This document shows, one piece after another, positions 28,617 to 38,603 of a DNA stretch of 64,000 nt. Each line of letters opens with the position of its first letter. The stretch's first letter is position 1. Source of the DNA: an uncultured Gammaproteobacteria bacterium. Lineage in GTDB: Bacteria > Patescibacteriota > Microgenomatia > UBA1406 > HO2-37-13b. The notes beneath the pieces were generated by a model. The model saw only the letters and a list, made by a program, of their open reading frames with translations, ran no database searches and was not told where the DNA came from. The position numbers were made by a program, and so were the translations under genes. The DNA lies in the NCBI GenBank assembly GCA_965230965.1, contig OZ246401.1:53199-117198 (forward strand). The letters are read 5' to 3'.

Positions 28617-29705
28617 TTAAAAGTTTTTCTGTATGGTAATATGTCGCGATTGAGCGCCAGTGTAAGCGATATCTACATAAATAAATAGAGCGCTTTTATT
28701 TATTTGTTGCAGAAATTCCTCAGATTTCTCACTCCACTCAATACACATAATATGTCCAGCTTTTAGGTATTCTTGAAGGCCTAGATGCTTAAATTCTTCA
28801 TTCTCTTTTAATCTATATAGGTCGACATGAATGAATTTCTTAACCACTTTATTATCGACATCATAGTCGTAATACACCACGAATGTTGGTGAGACGACGT
28901 CATTAATACCAAGATACTTCGCCATAGATTTTACAAAGACAGTTTTGCCTGCCCCAAGAGTTCCTGAGAATATAAATATGAGCGGCTTGTCTTGCGCGCG
29001 TGTGTAATGTCGCTTGATAAGCTCGTTTGCGATGTGTTGGGTTTCTTCTTCGTTGCTAGAATCATATTCTTCTTTGTCACCTTGCAATTGCAAAAGACTT
29101 GTAAAGTCACCTTCTCTTAATACGGCCATCTCATCCTGAGTCATATCGACAACCGTTGATGGTTTACGAATAGGTAACTTCCCTGCATCAATAATAAGAT
29201 CAATGAGCTGTTTTTTTTCTTCAGAAAGACTATTGAGCAGGGCTTCGATTGAATAATGAGGTGATTGTCCTGCTCTATTTGCTGAGGTTGCAGTAACCGG
29301 CTTGTCATAAGCATTGACAAGCGCATTTGCAAAGTCGGCATCAGGTATCCGAACCCCAAGTGTTCCGTTTTCCGCTTCAATAAGTTGATTGACTTTATGA
29401 GTAGATTGTAAAACCAATGTATAGGGGCCAGGCAGTAATTTGTTTATTAACTTTTCCTGAGCTTTTGAAACTTCAACATATTTTTTTAATCTTTCAACAG
29501 AGCCGCAAAAAACTGAAATGGCCTTACCAGGAGGTCGCGATTTAAAATTAATCAACTTTTCCACAGCCATTTGGTTTGTTGCATCAACAGATACTCCATA
29601 AACTGTATCTGATGGCACAATAATAAGTCCACCTTCGGATAATATTTTTTTGGCTTCTATTATTATTTTTTCCTTATTTTTCTCAGTTAAATGTAGTGTT
29701 TTCAT
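28617..29705 (-). CDS. fusion protein: threonylcarbamoyl-AMP synthase (TsaC/YrdC domain) + t6A ATPase TsaE
   Basis: 362 aa. Residues about 1-205 are YrdC-like (IIVPSDTVYGVSVDA, FKSRPPGKAISV, TATSANRAGQ). Residues about 225-362 are TsaE-like (P-loop GTLGAGKT, SPTFVVYYDY, HVDLYRL). Single uninterrupted ORF. Confidence 0.85.
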   Translation of the reverse strand: MKTLHLTEKNKEKIIIEAKKILSEGGLIIVPSDTVYGVSVDATNQMAVEKLINFKSRPPGKAISVFCGSVERLKKYVEVSKAQEKLINKLLPGPYTLVLQSTHKVNQLIEAENGTLGVRIPDADFANALVNAYDKPVTATSANRAGQSPHYSIEALLNSLSEEKKQLIDLIIDAGKLPIRKPSTVVDMTQDEMAVLREGDFTSLLQLQGDKEEYDSSNEEETQHIANELIKRHYTRAQDKPLIFIFSGTLGAGKTVFVKSMAKYLGINDVVSPTFVVYYDYDVDNKVVKKFIHVDLYRLKENEEFKHLGLQEYLKAGHIMCIEWSEKSEEFLQQINKSALFIYVDIAYTGAQSRHITIQKNF

Positions 29706-29714
29706 ACGCTTTCC

Positions 29715-29744
29715 TTGCTCAAATTTTATCAGATCTGTTACAAT
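29715..29744 (+). promoter_or_regulatory. candidate ftsH promoter
   Basis: -35 TTGCTC, 18-nt spacer, extended -10 TGtTACAAT (29736-29744), then 9 nt to ATG 29754. On the opposite strand, TGaTAAAAT (29723-29731) could drive tsaC-tsaE, which does have an SD (AAGGAAAG). Confidence 0.45.
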
Positions 29745-29753
29745 AGGGTTTCT

Positions 29754-31595
29754 ATGGCAAAGCCAGAATTATCAAAGAAACAAGGTTTTGATCTTAAATT
29801 CAAGTTTAGTATCCGTACGGTCTTTGCTGCAATCCTTATCTTAATGTTTGTTTTGACTGCTGTAGCAGGCAGTTCTGGTCTTGACAATTTTATCAAAGAA
29901 AAGCCAATTAGTGCAGTTATCGATGATATTAAGGCTGGCAAGGTTCAAAAAATAGAGCGTTCGGGCAATTCGTTTGTAGTTTTGTATAAAAATAACGAAC
30001 GCGCGATCACAAAGAAAGAGGCAGAAGACAGTTTTAGAAAAATTCTTCAAGAGTCTGGCATAGATCCAGAAAAAGTTAATATTGAAGTAAAAACCAATGA
30101 TGATACCTCGTTGCTTTCTAGTTTTATTATAAATGTCATCCCTACAGTCCTTGTTATAGTGTTCTTTATGTTTGTATTTAGACAAGCAAGAGGTGCGCAA
30201 GATTCAATTTTCTCTTTTGGCCAGGCAAAATCAAAAAGATACTCAAAAAAGGTTTCTAGTATTACCTTTAAGGATGTTGCTGGTGTGGATGAAGCGAAAA
30301 AGGAATTAGAAGAAATCGTTGATTTCTTGAAAAATCCTAAAAAATATAGCAAGTTGGGCGCCCGCCCACCAAAAGGTGTCATTCTAGTAGGCCCAGCGGG
30401 CACGGGTAAAACATTACTAGCAAAGGCTGTCGCCGGCGAAAGTAATGTTCCATTCTTCTCTATAGCCGGCTCCGAATTTATGGAAATGCTCGTAGGTATT
30501 GGTGCAGCTCGCGTGCGCGACCTCTTTACAACAGCAAAAAAAAGCGCGCCCGCAATTATCTTCATCGATGAGATCGATGCCATAGGTCGTACACGCTCAG
30601 TAGGCGCCATGCCAGCGCACGACGAGCGCGAGCAAACCCTGAATCAAATTCTTGTTGAAATGGACGGGTTTGCCCCAAACGATAAAGTCATTGTTATTGC
30701 TGCGACAAATAGAGGCGACTTGTTAGATTCAGCATTGCTTCGTCCTGGTCGATTTGATCGTCGCGTTATGGTTGACTATCCTGATTTAGAAGGCCGTAAG
30801 GCAATTTTTGCTATTCATGCGCGCAATAAGCCTTTTAACAAGGACGTATCCTGGGAAAAGATTGCGCGTCGCACAGTAGGCTTTTCTGGTGCTGATATTG
30901 AAAATATGCTCAATGAATCAGCAATTTCAGCGGCGCGTCACAACAGAAATTCAATTACTATGGCTGATATGGAAGAAGCGGCGACAAAAGTAAAGCTTGG
31001 ACCAGAAAAAAAGCGTCTTCAATCAGACCTTGATAAAAAAATCACCGCATATCATGAGGGCGGCCACGCAATTGTGACCCACTTTCAACCTGATTCGGAT
31101 CCTGTTCATCGCATTTCAATTGTCTCTCGAGGCATGTCCTTGGGTCACACCCTTATTCCACCAAGCCAAGATAGACTTCATCAAACAAAAACACGTTTGC
31201 TCGGCATGATTACTTCTATGCTTGGTGGTCGTGCCGCCGAAGAAGAAGTCTTTAATGAGGTTACCACTGGTGCTTCTAATGACTTTGATCAGGCAACTTC
31301 AATAGCACGTGCTATGGTTGTCGACTATGGCATGAGTGATCTTGGCCCAATTAACTACGGACCAAGTCAAGATATAACAAACTGGGGTGGCTACTATGGC
31401 CAAAATAACGTTTCTGAAGAAACCATGCACAAAATTGATATGGAAATTCAAAAAATAATTCAAATGTGCTATAAAGATGCTATAGCTCTCATCAAAAAAA
31501 ATCGTGAAAAACTTGATAAGGTTGCTGAGGCTCTTATGAAAACTGAAAGCCTTGATGAGGATGAATTTGTGGCTATCGTTGGTAAGCACGTATGA
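29754..31595 (+). CDS. ftsH: ATP-dependent zinc metalloprotease FtsH
   Basis: Two N-terminal TMs, Walker A GPAGTGKT, Walker [12 protein letters not shown] region and zinc motif HEGGHA. ATG 29754 preferred over the track start. Confidence 0.95.
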   Translation: MAKPELSKKQGFDLKFKFSIRTVFAAILILMFVLTAVAGSSGLDNFIKEKPISAVIDDIKAGKVQKIERSGNSFVVLYKNNERAITKKEAEDSFRKILQESGIDPEKVNIEVKTNDDTSLLSSFIINVIPTVLVIVFFMFVFRQARGAQDSIFSFGQAKSKRYSKKVSSITFKDVAGVDEAKKELEEIVDFLKNPKKYSKLGARPPKGVILVGPAGTGKTLLAKAVAGESNVPFFSIAGSEFMEMLVGIGAARVRDLFTTAKKSAPAIIFIDEIDAIGRTRSVGAMPAHDEREQTLNQILVEMDGFAPNDKVIVIAATNRGDLLDSALLRPGRFDRRVMVDYPDLEGRKAIFAIHARNKPFNKDVSWEKIARRTVGFSGADIENMLNESAISAARHNRNSITMADMEEAATKVKLGPEKKRLQSDLDKKITAYHEGGHAIVTHFQPDSDPVHRISIVSRGMSLGHTLIPPSQDRLHQTKTRLLGMITSMLGGRAAEEEVFNEVTTGASNDFDQATSIARAMVVDYGMSDLGPINYGPSQDITNWGGYYGQNNVSEETMHKIDMEIQKIIQMCYKDAIALIKKNREKLDKVAEALMKTESLDEDEFVAIVGKHV

Positions 31596-32527
31596 AAAAA
31601 CTCCTCATAATTGATGGCAACGCTTTAATGCACCGAGCTTTTCATGCTCTCCCCGATTTCATAACTCGAAATGGCCTTCCTACAAATGCAATTTATGGCT
31701 TTGCTGGTGTTCTGCACAAAGTTCGTGGCGAGCTTGCACCCGACAATATTCTTGTATGTTTTGATCACCCTGCACCAACATTCAGAGATGAGCTCTTTAA
31801 AGAGTACCGTACTCAACGACCCAAGACTGATGATAATCTTATTAAACAATTCCCTATTATTCGTGAATTCCTTACTGCGGCAGGGATCCACCATATTGAA
31901 AAAGATGGTCTTGAAGCAGATGATTTAATCGCTATAGCGACAAAAAAAGCTGAAAAAGAAGGATTTACCACTATTATTTTGACGGGTGATAAAGATATTT
32001 TTCAACTTGTGAGCAAAAAAACATTTGTACTTACACCACAAATTGGAGCGAATAAACAAGGTACTCTCTATGATGAACAAAAAGTTCATGAAAAATTTGG
32101 CGTTGATCCTTTGCATATTCCTGATTACAAATCGTTAGTTGGTGATCCATCTGATAACTACAAAGGTGTTCCTGGCATTGGACCCAAAGCTGCACTTGGC
32201 CTGCTCAGAAAATATAAAACTATTGAAAATATTTATGAACATTTAGAAGAACTTAAAGGTACAAAGTCCTACGATCTATTAACGACACACAAAGAAAGTG
32301 CTTTACTCGCAAAACAACTTGCGGTCTTGATAAGTGAATCTGATGGCGTAGACTTGGAACTTGATGACACAAAGTTTGAACAGTATAATGAAGCTCTGAA
32401 GGACTTTTTTGACGCATATCAAATAAAAAGTCTCCGACAACGATATTTTGCTGATCAAGAAAAAGTTGCTCCAGCAAAACAAGAAAAGGTAAAAGATGAA
32501 TCGGGCGCACAATTGGATCTTTTTTAA
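31592..32527 (+). CDS. stand-alone 5'-3' exonuclease / flap endonuclease (Pol I N-terminal domain homologue)
   Basis: 311 aa. LLIIDGNALMHRAFHAL, GLEADDLIA, LTGDKDIFQL, H3TH region GVPGIGPKAA. No polymerase domain follows. Confidence 0.85.
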   Translation: MKKLLIIDGNALMHRAFHALPDFITRNGLPTNAIYGFAGVLHKVRGELAPDNILVCFDHPAPTFRDELFKEYRTQRPKTDDNLIKQFPIIREFLTAAGIHHIEKDGLEADDLIAIATKKAEKEGFTTIILTGDKDIFQLVSKKTFVLTPQIGANKQGTLYDEQKVHEKFGVDPLHIPDYKSLVGDPSDNYKGVPGIGPKAALGLLRKYKTIENIYEHLEELKGTKSYDLLTTHKESALLAKQLAVLISESDGVDLELDDTKFEQYNEALKDFFDAYQIKSLRQRYFADQEKVAPAKQEKVKDESGAQLDLF

Positions 32528-32529
32528 TT

Positions 32530-33774
32530 ATGAACATCAAAAGCATTCAAGGACTTCAAATTTTAGATTCGCGAGGAAACCCTACAGTTAAAGCATATGT
32601 TGAGCTTGACAATGGTATTCTTGGAACAGGCTCCGTCCCCTCTGGCGCTTCAACTGGTACACATGAAGCATTGGAGTTGAGAGATGGTGGCAAAGAATAT
32701 GGAGGCCTTGCAGTCACAAAAGCAATTGAACACATAAATACAAAAATTGCGCCGGCTCTTATTGGCATGCCAATTGACAGTCTCAAAAAGCTCGATACCA
32801 TGATACTCATGCTTGATGAAAGTGAACAGAAGAAAGAGTTAGGAGCAAATGCGGTATTGGCTGTTTCAATGGCACTTGCGCGTGCCCTAAGCAACAATAA
32901 TAATCAACCTCTTTGGAAAACACTCAACAATCAGTATTTTCCAGAGAAGAATCCTTCTTTCCCTCGCCTCATGGTCAACGTCATTAATGGGGGTGCACAC
33001 GCAAACTGGAATATCGATTTTCAGGAATACATGCTTATTCCCAAAGAAACAAAGCCCTCAATATCGATCCGCCAAGCAGCCGAAACTTTTCACGCTCTTA
33101 AATCGATTCTGAAGGATGACAAACAAATTGTAGCCGTGGGTGATGAAGGAGGGTTTGCACCTCAACTCAATACGAATAAAGAAGGCTTTGCACTTTTAGA
33201 CAAGGCGATTGAAAAAGCAGGTTATAGTAGGGATGAGATTGATCTCGGCGCTGATTTTGCAGCGAGTGAAATATATCAAAATAATACTTATAATCTCAAA
33301 AGAGATGATAAAGTTTTCTCTAGTGACGAACTCATTTCTTATTACAAAGATATTATCGCAACTCATAATGTCTTTTCTTTTGAGGATCCATTCGCTGAAG
33401 ATGATTGGGAAAGTTATAGCAGGTTTGCACAAGAGGTTGGTTCTGAGAAAAATATTGTTGGCGATGATTTGTTTGTTACAAATACAAAACGTATTCAAAA
33501 AGGCATAGATGAAAAGGCTGCAAATGCCGTGCTTATCAAAATGAATCAAATCGGCAGTGTATACGAAACAGTCCAGGCTATAAAATTAACTCAAGAAGCC
33601 GGATGGAAGGTTGCTATTTCACATAGATCTGGTGAAACTGAAGATTCATTTATAGCAGATCTAGCTTTTGCATGCGGCGCAGACTTTCTAAAAGCAGGTT
33701 CGATGTCACGCTCTGACCGACTTGCTAAATATAATAGACTCTTGGAGATAGAGGGAAGAGAATTATCAAAATAA
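32530..33774 (+). CDS. eno: enolase
   Basis: 414 aa. ILDSRGNPTV, SVPSGASTGTHEA, GDDLFVTN, IKMNQIGS, SHRSGETED. Confidence 0.95.
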   Translation: MNIKSIQGLQILDSRGNPTVKAYVELDNGILGTGSVPSGASTGTHEALELRDGGKEYGGLAVTKAIEHINTKIAPALIGMPIDSLKKLDTMILMLDESEQKKELGANAVLAVSMALARALSNNNNQPLWKTLNNQYFPEKNPSFPRLMVNVINGGAHANWNIDFQEYMLIPKETKPSISIRQAAETFHALKSILKDDKQIVAVGDEGGFAPQLNTNKEGFALLDKAIEKAGYSRDEIDLGADFAASEIYQNNTYNLKRDDKVFSSDELISYYKDIIATHNVFSFEDPFAEDDWESYSRFAQEVGSEKNIVGDDLFVTNTKRIQKGIDEKAANAVLIKMNQIGSVYETVQAIKLTQEAGWKVAISHRSGETEDSFIADLAFACGADFLKAGSMSRSDRLAKYNRLLEIEGRELSK

Positions 33775-34734
33775 TTGCTTCACTTTTTCGGTGGCTTCCG
33801 TTAAGGTTATATTTCTTAACATAGCACCTGCAGCATTTTTATGCCCCCCTCCACCTAACACTTTTGCCTTTTCAGCTACATTGAATTCGAGTTCTCTTGA
33901 GCGGAATTCTAGTCGAATTGCTTGTGGCTCTTCTTCAATCATTAATACTCCTAGCTTAGACTGTCGAATTTTATTTAAGTAATACACAATAAACTCATTC
34001 TTATGACGGGCTTTACCGTATGTTTTCCATATATCATAAGGAATTGAAATAATTAAAACATCTTTAAACAACTCTGCCCTCTCTAACGCTTTACTTATAA
34101 ACTCGAGTTCATTAACATCCATTGAGCCAAGGATTTCTTTTTTAATTACTTCATAATCTGCCCCCATATCTAATAGTTCGCTAACACCTTTCAAAACCCG
34201 TGGTGATAATCCGTACATGAAAAAACCGGTATCACCCATAATGCCTGTCATTAAGATTGTTGCTTGATCTCTTGAAATGGAGAACTTCAGTTTTTTTGCT
34301 ATTTCAAAAAGCATTGAACATGTAGAGGGATATTTTTCATCGGTATCTATAAGATTAATCACACCCCAACCCAGGTTAGTTATATGGTGATCAATTACGA
34401 TAGTAGTCAGGCTTTCCGGAAGAGGCTTCGCGATACCTGTGCGGTCATTACTGGACATATCGAGTGCCCAGAAAACATCATAATCTTGCCAACGTACTTC
34501 TTTGTTTTCAATATATCGAATAGTATCAAACCCTTTCAAAAATGACATTGAATCAGACAGCGTGTCCGTTGTAACAACATCAATAACATGACCCATTTCA
34601 CGCAACATATCAGCAAGAAATAGATTACTCGCCACGGAATCCGGATCAGGATGGACATGCAGTGCCAAAACTCCCCTCGAAGGTTTGAGTAAAAAGGGCT
34701 TAATTTTGTCAATTTCTATATCATTCTGCATCAT
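33766..34734 (-). CDS. nrnA: DHH/DHHA1 phosphoesterase (NrnA-like oligoribonuclease/pAp phosphatase)
   Basis: HVHPDPDSVAS, VIDHH, GDTGFF, GGGGHKNAAG. ATG 34734 (MMQNDIEID) preferred over the GTG at 34773. Confidence 0.8.
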   Translation of the reverse strand: MMQNDIEIDKIKPFLLKPSRGVLALHVHPDPDSVASNLFLADMLREMGHVIDVVTTDTLSDSMSFLKGFDTIRYIENKEVRWQDYDVFWALDMSSNDRTGIAKPLPESLTTIVIDHHITNLGWGVINLIDTDEKYPSTCSMLFEIAKKLKFSISRDQATILMTGIMGDTGFFMYGLSPRVLKGVSELLDMGADYEVIKKEILGSMDVNELEFISKALERAELFKDVLIISIPYDIWKTYGKARHKNEFIVYYLNKIRQSKLGVLMIEEEPQAIRLEFRSRELEFNVAEKAKVLGGGGHKNAAGAMLRNITLTEATEKVKQLF

Positions 34735-34854
34735 ATTGTCTAAATATAGCCATATTATACGACAATTTACCACCCAATCTGTTACAATACCAATATCCTA
34801 TAAGATTTTTGGTCCGTCCTTTCCTTATAGCTTAAAAATTTCTCTGGGAGTAAC

Positions 34855-35892
34855 GTGGTATATAGCAGAAAAACAATTAGTGGAACTATTGAAACTCGTG
34901 ACATATGTAAAAGTACACGTATGGTGCTTGAAGAAGCAGATAAATGTGGAGTTTTGTGGGAAATTATTCCCTTTACAAGCATGTTTAAGCTCAGCTATCT
35001 TGATAGTACTAAATTTTTTCATGGCCAAACCCCATCAGAGACCACAGAATATGCTTCGTACTGCTGTGAAAACAAAGATGTCGCCAACAGTATCTTGAGC
35101 GATGTTGGTATTTCAATAAGCAAAGGACACTTGTTAAAGTACACAGACTCTCATAAAGATCGCAAAATGCTTTTTAACCAACTTGAAAAACCACTTGTTG
35201 TTAAACCAGCTAACTCACAACAAGGAACTAACGTATATACCAATATAAAAACCTATAATAAGTATGCTACCTCTATTAAAAATATCTACGCTCACCACAG
35301 TAAGAGAAAAGTCGATATTTTGGTTGAAGAGATGTTTATTGGTGACGAATACCGCATCCTAGCAACTCAAGATAAGATACTAAGTGTGATCAAACGCATT
35401 GCTGCCAATGTGGTTGGTGACGGGGTATCCACCATTTCAGAGCTTGCTGGCATAAAAAATCAAGATCCTATTCGATTGGAGATGTCGACCTACAAGGGAA
35501 TTACTATTGATAAAAATGTTATTTTATTCTTAAAAAAGCAGGGATTTAAGCCCTCAACTATTCTTAGTAAAGGAGAACGAGTATTTTTAAGGAACCAAGG
35601 CCCATTGGATATTAGTTTGGGCGGCGACACTATTGATGTGACCGACATGATCCATCCTAGTGTAGAGAAAATCGTAAAAAAAATTATGAAAAGTATGCCC
35701 GGTCTTGCCTTGACCGGCATTGATTATATGACAAAGGATATTAGTGCTTCTCAAACAAAACACAACTACCGAGTTATCGAAATCAATGCATCTCCAAGTC
35801 TTGACTGGAACGAATTTCCACTAGAAGGACCACGAAGAAGAATTGCTTACGAATTCTTGAAGATAATGTTTCCAAATCTGAATGTTAATTAG
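34855..35892 (+). CDS. stand-alone ATP-grasp enzyme resembling the N+G domains of cyanophycin synthetase
   Basis: 345 aa. LVVKPANSQQGTNVY, ILVEEMFIGDEYRILA, ANVVGDGVSTISELAG..NQDP, SLGGDTIDVTDMIHP, GLALTGIDYM follow the CphA ATP-grasp pattern as recalled. No Mur-ligase-like M domain. GTG start at 34855 is uncertain; ATG 34921 is an alternative. Confidence 0.6.
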   Translation: MVYSRKTISGTIETRDICKSTRMVLEEADKCGVLWEIIPFTSMFKLSYLDSTKFFHGQTPSETTEYASYCCENKDVANSILSDVGISISKGHLLKYTDSHKDRKMLFNQLEKPLVVKPANSQQGTNVYTNIKTYNKYATSIKNIYAHHSKRKVDILVEEMFIGDEYRILATQDKILSVIKRIAANVVGDGVSTISELAGIKNQDPIRLEMSTYKGITIDKNVILFLKKQGFKPSTILSKGERVFLRNQGPLDISLGGDTIDVTDMIHPSVEKIVKKIMKSMPGLALTGIDYMTKDISASQTKHNYRVIEINASPSLDWNEFPLEGPRRRIAYEFLKIMFPNLNVN

Positions 35893-38602
35893 GGTAGTGA
35901 CACTTCTTATACTTCTTTCCTGAGCCACACCAACAAGGATCGTTGCGACCAAGTTTCTTAGAGGGAGGAGCAGCTGTTTTTAGTGCTGGTTTTGTTTCTT
36001 CGGGTTTAAATGCGCTTTGTGCTGAAGCAGCACGTAATTGCATCTTCGGACTTTCTTGCTGAGACACCTTAATATCTTGTTGGGTTTCTTCATCATTCAC
36101 TTGAACAAGAAAAAGTCGTCGAACAACATCGTAATACACATCAGAAAGCAGCTTTTCAAACATGCCAAACGCCTCGTTTTTATACTCAGTCAGAGGATCC
36201 ATTTGTGCGTAGCCACGAAGATTTATGCCTTGGCGCAAATCATCAATAGCTGTAAGATGGTCTGTCCAAAAACGATCAATCGTATCAAGGAAAAGATATC
36301 GCTTAACATCAGTCCAAAGATCTTTCCCAACTTCTTTTTCACGTTTTTTTAATGTACGAGAAAATTCATCAACAACGATTTCTCTAATACTTTCCTCACC
36401 TATTGCTGTTAAAAGTTTCTCTCCAAGCTGCTTCGATGTTGCTGGCAGTAGATTATCAAGCTCGGCAATTAATCCAGGCATGTCCGGTTCCTCACTAAGC
36501 AACACGAAAGTATTTATGAGCGAATTAATCTGACTATCTATAGCAAGATTGATTTCTTCATCGAGACCCTCAGAATGCTCTGAACTCGATTCCAGAATGT
36601 GTCGACGCATGCCATAAAGAATTTCCCTTTGTTTGTTGAGCACATCATCATATTCAACAAGATTTTTACGCATATCAAAATTAAAACCTTCAACTTTTGC
36701 CTGTGCCTGTTCCAAAGCTTTTGAAACCATGGCATGCTCGAGTGGCTGATCTTCTGGAAGGTTGAAGAATGTCATAACCTTACTAACCTGCTCGCCGCCA
36801 AAAATACGCATTAGGTCATCCTCAAGAGAAACAAAGAATCGCGTTTCGCCGGGGTCGCCCTGGCGACCCGAACGACCGCGAAGCTGATTATCAATACGGC
36901 GAGATTCATGGCGGTCGGTACTTAACACATGCAAGCCACCAAGTTTTACGACTTCATCATGTCTCTCCTGCCATATAGCTTGCTGCTTTTTGTACTGCTC
37001 CTCCATCTGTTTAGCTGTTTTATCTGGATCGACTTGAAATTTATTTGGCGGCTCACCTCCAAGAACAATATCAACACCGCGACCCGCCATGTTCGTTGCA
37101 AGAGTCACCGCACCTTTAGTCCCAGCTTGAGAAATAATATGCGCTTCTTTTTCATGATTTTTAGCATTTAAAAGTTGATGAGGAATATTTTTCTTTTTTA
37201 GCAAGTGTGAAAGAATTTCATTCTTATCAATTGAAGCCGTCCCCACAAGCACCGGCACACCTTCGTTATGAAGTCGGGCTATCTCATCAATAACTGCAGA
37301 AAATTTTCCTTTTTCTGTTTTATAAATGTAATCAGGAAGATCTACTCGCTTGACTGATTGGTGGGTTGGAATAACTAAGGTATCAAGTTTATATATTTTG
37401 CTAAATTCCTCAGCTTCTGTTTGGGCTGTTCCAGTCATTCCTGCAAGCTTTTCATACATACGAAAATAATTTTGGAGAGAAACAGTCGCAAGCGTTCTCG
37501 ATTCTTGTTTAATTTCTACATTTTCTTTTGCTTCAATTGCTTGGTGCAAACCTTCTGAAAAACGTCTGCCTTCTAAAAGACGACCGGTGAATTCATCCAC
37601 TATAACAACCTGCCCGTCTTTCACAATATAATCCTTATCATTCTTAAAAAGTGTTTGGGCTTTCAAGGCGGCTTCTACATGATATAGCGTTTCATAATCC
37701 TTTTCATAAATATTATCAACCCCAATCATCTTTTCGAGTTTCTCAATACCCTGCTCGGTTAAATGAGAGGTGCGCAACTTCTCATCAATGATATAGTCAC
37801 CTTCACCAAGCTTATTGACCAACTGGGCATATTCATAGTAGCGCGAAACGTCTTGTTCATATGCAGATGAAATAATGTGGGGGGTACGTGCCTCATCTAT
37901 AAGTACCGAATCAACCTCATCGATTATGGCATAATGAAAGTCCCTCTGTACAACTTGATCAATGGACTTTGCCATATTGTCACGCAGATAGTCAAAACCA
38001 AATTCAGAATTAATACCATACGTTACATCAGCTTCATATCCTTCTTTGCGTGATGCTGGCTTAAGATGCAATAAGCGCCAATCTGATATATTTGCATCCT
38101 GGTATTCTGGGTCATAGACATATGTTTTATCTGAAATAATTGAAGAAACTTTAAGTCCTAATAAACTATAGACGGGACCCATCCATCCCGCATCACGACG
38201 AGCTAAATAATCATTAACAGTTACCAAATGCGCGCCTTTACCCGTCAACGCATTTAAATACAAAGGCGCAACCGCTGAGAGTGTTTTTCCTTCTCCTGTT
38301 TTTTGCTCCGCAATCTTCCCTTCATGAAGGGCTACGCCAGCAATAAGCTGTTCATCAAACTGTCGTAGTCCCAGCATTCTTCGAGAAGCCTCGCGGACTA
38401 GTGCATATGCCCATGGAAGCACTTCATTAAGTGTTTTGCCTTGAGAAAGCTCTTTTTTCAGCTTTTCAGTTTCTTTCGCAAAGTCTGCATCTTTAAGATT
38501 GCGCACATCATCCTCAAGAGCATTTATTTGGGATACAATTGTGCGTATACGGGCAATCTCTCGCTCGTTAAAGTCGAATATTTTTTTTACAAATCCAAGC
38601 AT
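35885..38602 (-). CDS. secA: preprotein translocase ATPase SecA
   Basis: 905 aa. DEAD-motor motifs (TGEGKT, DEVDSVLIDEARTP, TNMAGRGVDI, RGRSGRQGDPG) and C-terminal zinc finger CWCGSGKKYKKCH. Confidence 0.96.
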   Translation of the reverse strand: MLGFVKKIFDFNEREIARIRTIVSQINALEDDVRNLKDADFAKETEKLKKELSQGKTLNEVLPWAYALVREASRRMLGLRQFDEQLIAGVALHEGKIAEQKTGEGKTLSAVAPLYLNALTGKGAHLVTVNDYLARRDAGWMGPVYSLLGLKVSSIISDKTYVYDPEYQDANISDWRLLHLKPASRKEGYEADVTYGINSEFGFDYLRDNMAKSIDQVVQRDFHYAIIDEVDSVLIDEARTPHIISSAYEQDVSRYYEYAQLVNKLGEGDYIIDEKLRTSHLTEQGIEKLEKMIGVDNIYEKDYETLYHVEAALKAQTLFKNDKDYIVKDGQVVIVDEFTGRLLEGRRFSEGLHQAIEAKENVEIKQESRTLATVSLQNYFRMYEKLAGMTGTAQTEAEEFSKIYKLDTLVIPTHQSVKRVDLPDYIYKTEKGKFSAVIDEIARLHNEGVPVLVGTASIDKNEILSHLLKKKNIPHQLLNAKNHEKEAHIISQAGTKGAVTLATNMAGRGVDIVLGGEPPNKFQVDPDKTAKQMEEQYKKQQAIWQERHDEVVKLGGLHVLSTDRHESRRIDNQLRGRSGRQGDPGETRFFVSLEDDLMRIFGGEQVSKVMTFFNLPEDQPLEHAMVSKALEQAQAKVEGFNFDMRKNLVEYDDVLNKQREILYGMRRHILESSSEHSEGLDEEINLAIDSQINSLINTFVLLSEEPDMPGLIAELDNLLPATSKQLGEKLLTAIGEESIREIVVDEFSRTLKKREKEVGKDLWTDVKRYLFLDTIDRFWTDHLTAIDDLRQGINLRGYAQMDPLTEYKNEAFGMFEKLLSDVYYDVVRRLFLVQVNDEETQQDIKVSQQESPKMQLRAASAQSAFKPEETKPALKTAAPPSKKLGRNDPCWCGSGKKYKKCHYPN

Positions 38603-38603
38603 A

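Noticed and set aside
30047-30610. Long antisense ORFs inside conserved genes (e.g. 30047-30610 opposite ftsH, 53811-54419 opposite lon, 13970-14335, 55567-55998, 32556-32897)
   Set aside because: Low-complexity Ser/Ala/Pro-rich translations lying entirely within strongly supported genes on the other strand. These are typical shadow ORFs.
34798-34830. Inverted repeat CTATAAG / CTTATAG in the leader of the ATP-grasp gene
   Set aside because: A 7-bp all-weak stem with a 19-nt loop is thermodynamically marginal. No riboswitch-like conserved core recognised.
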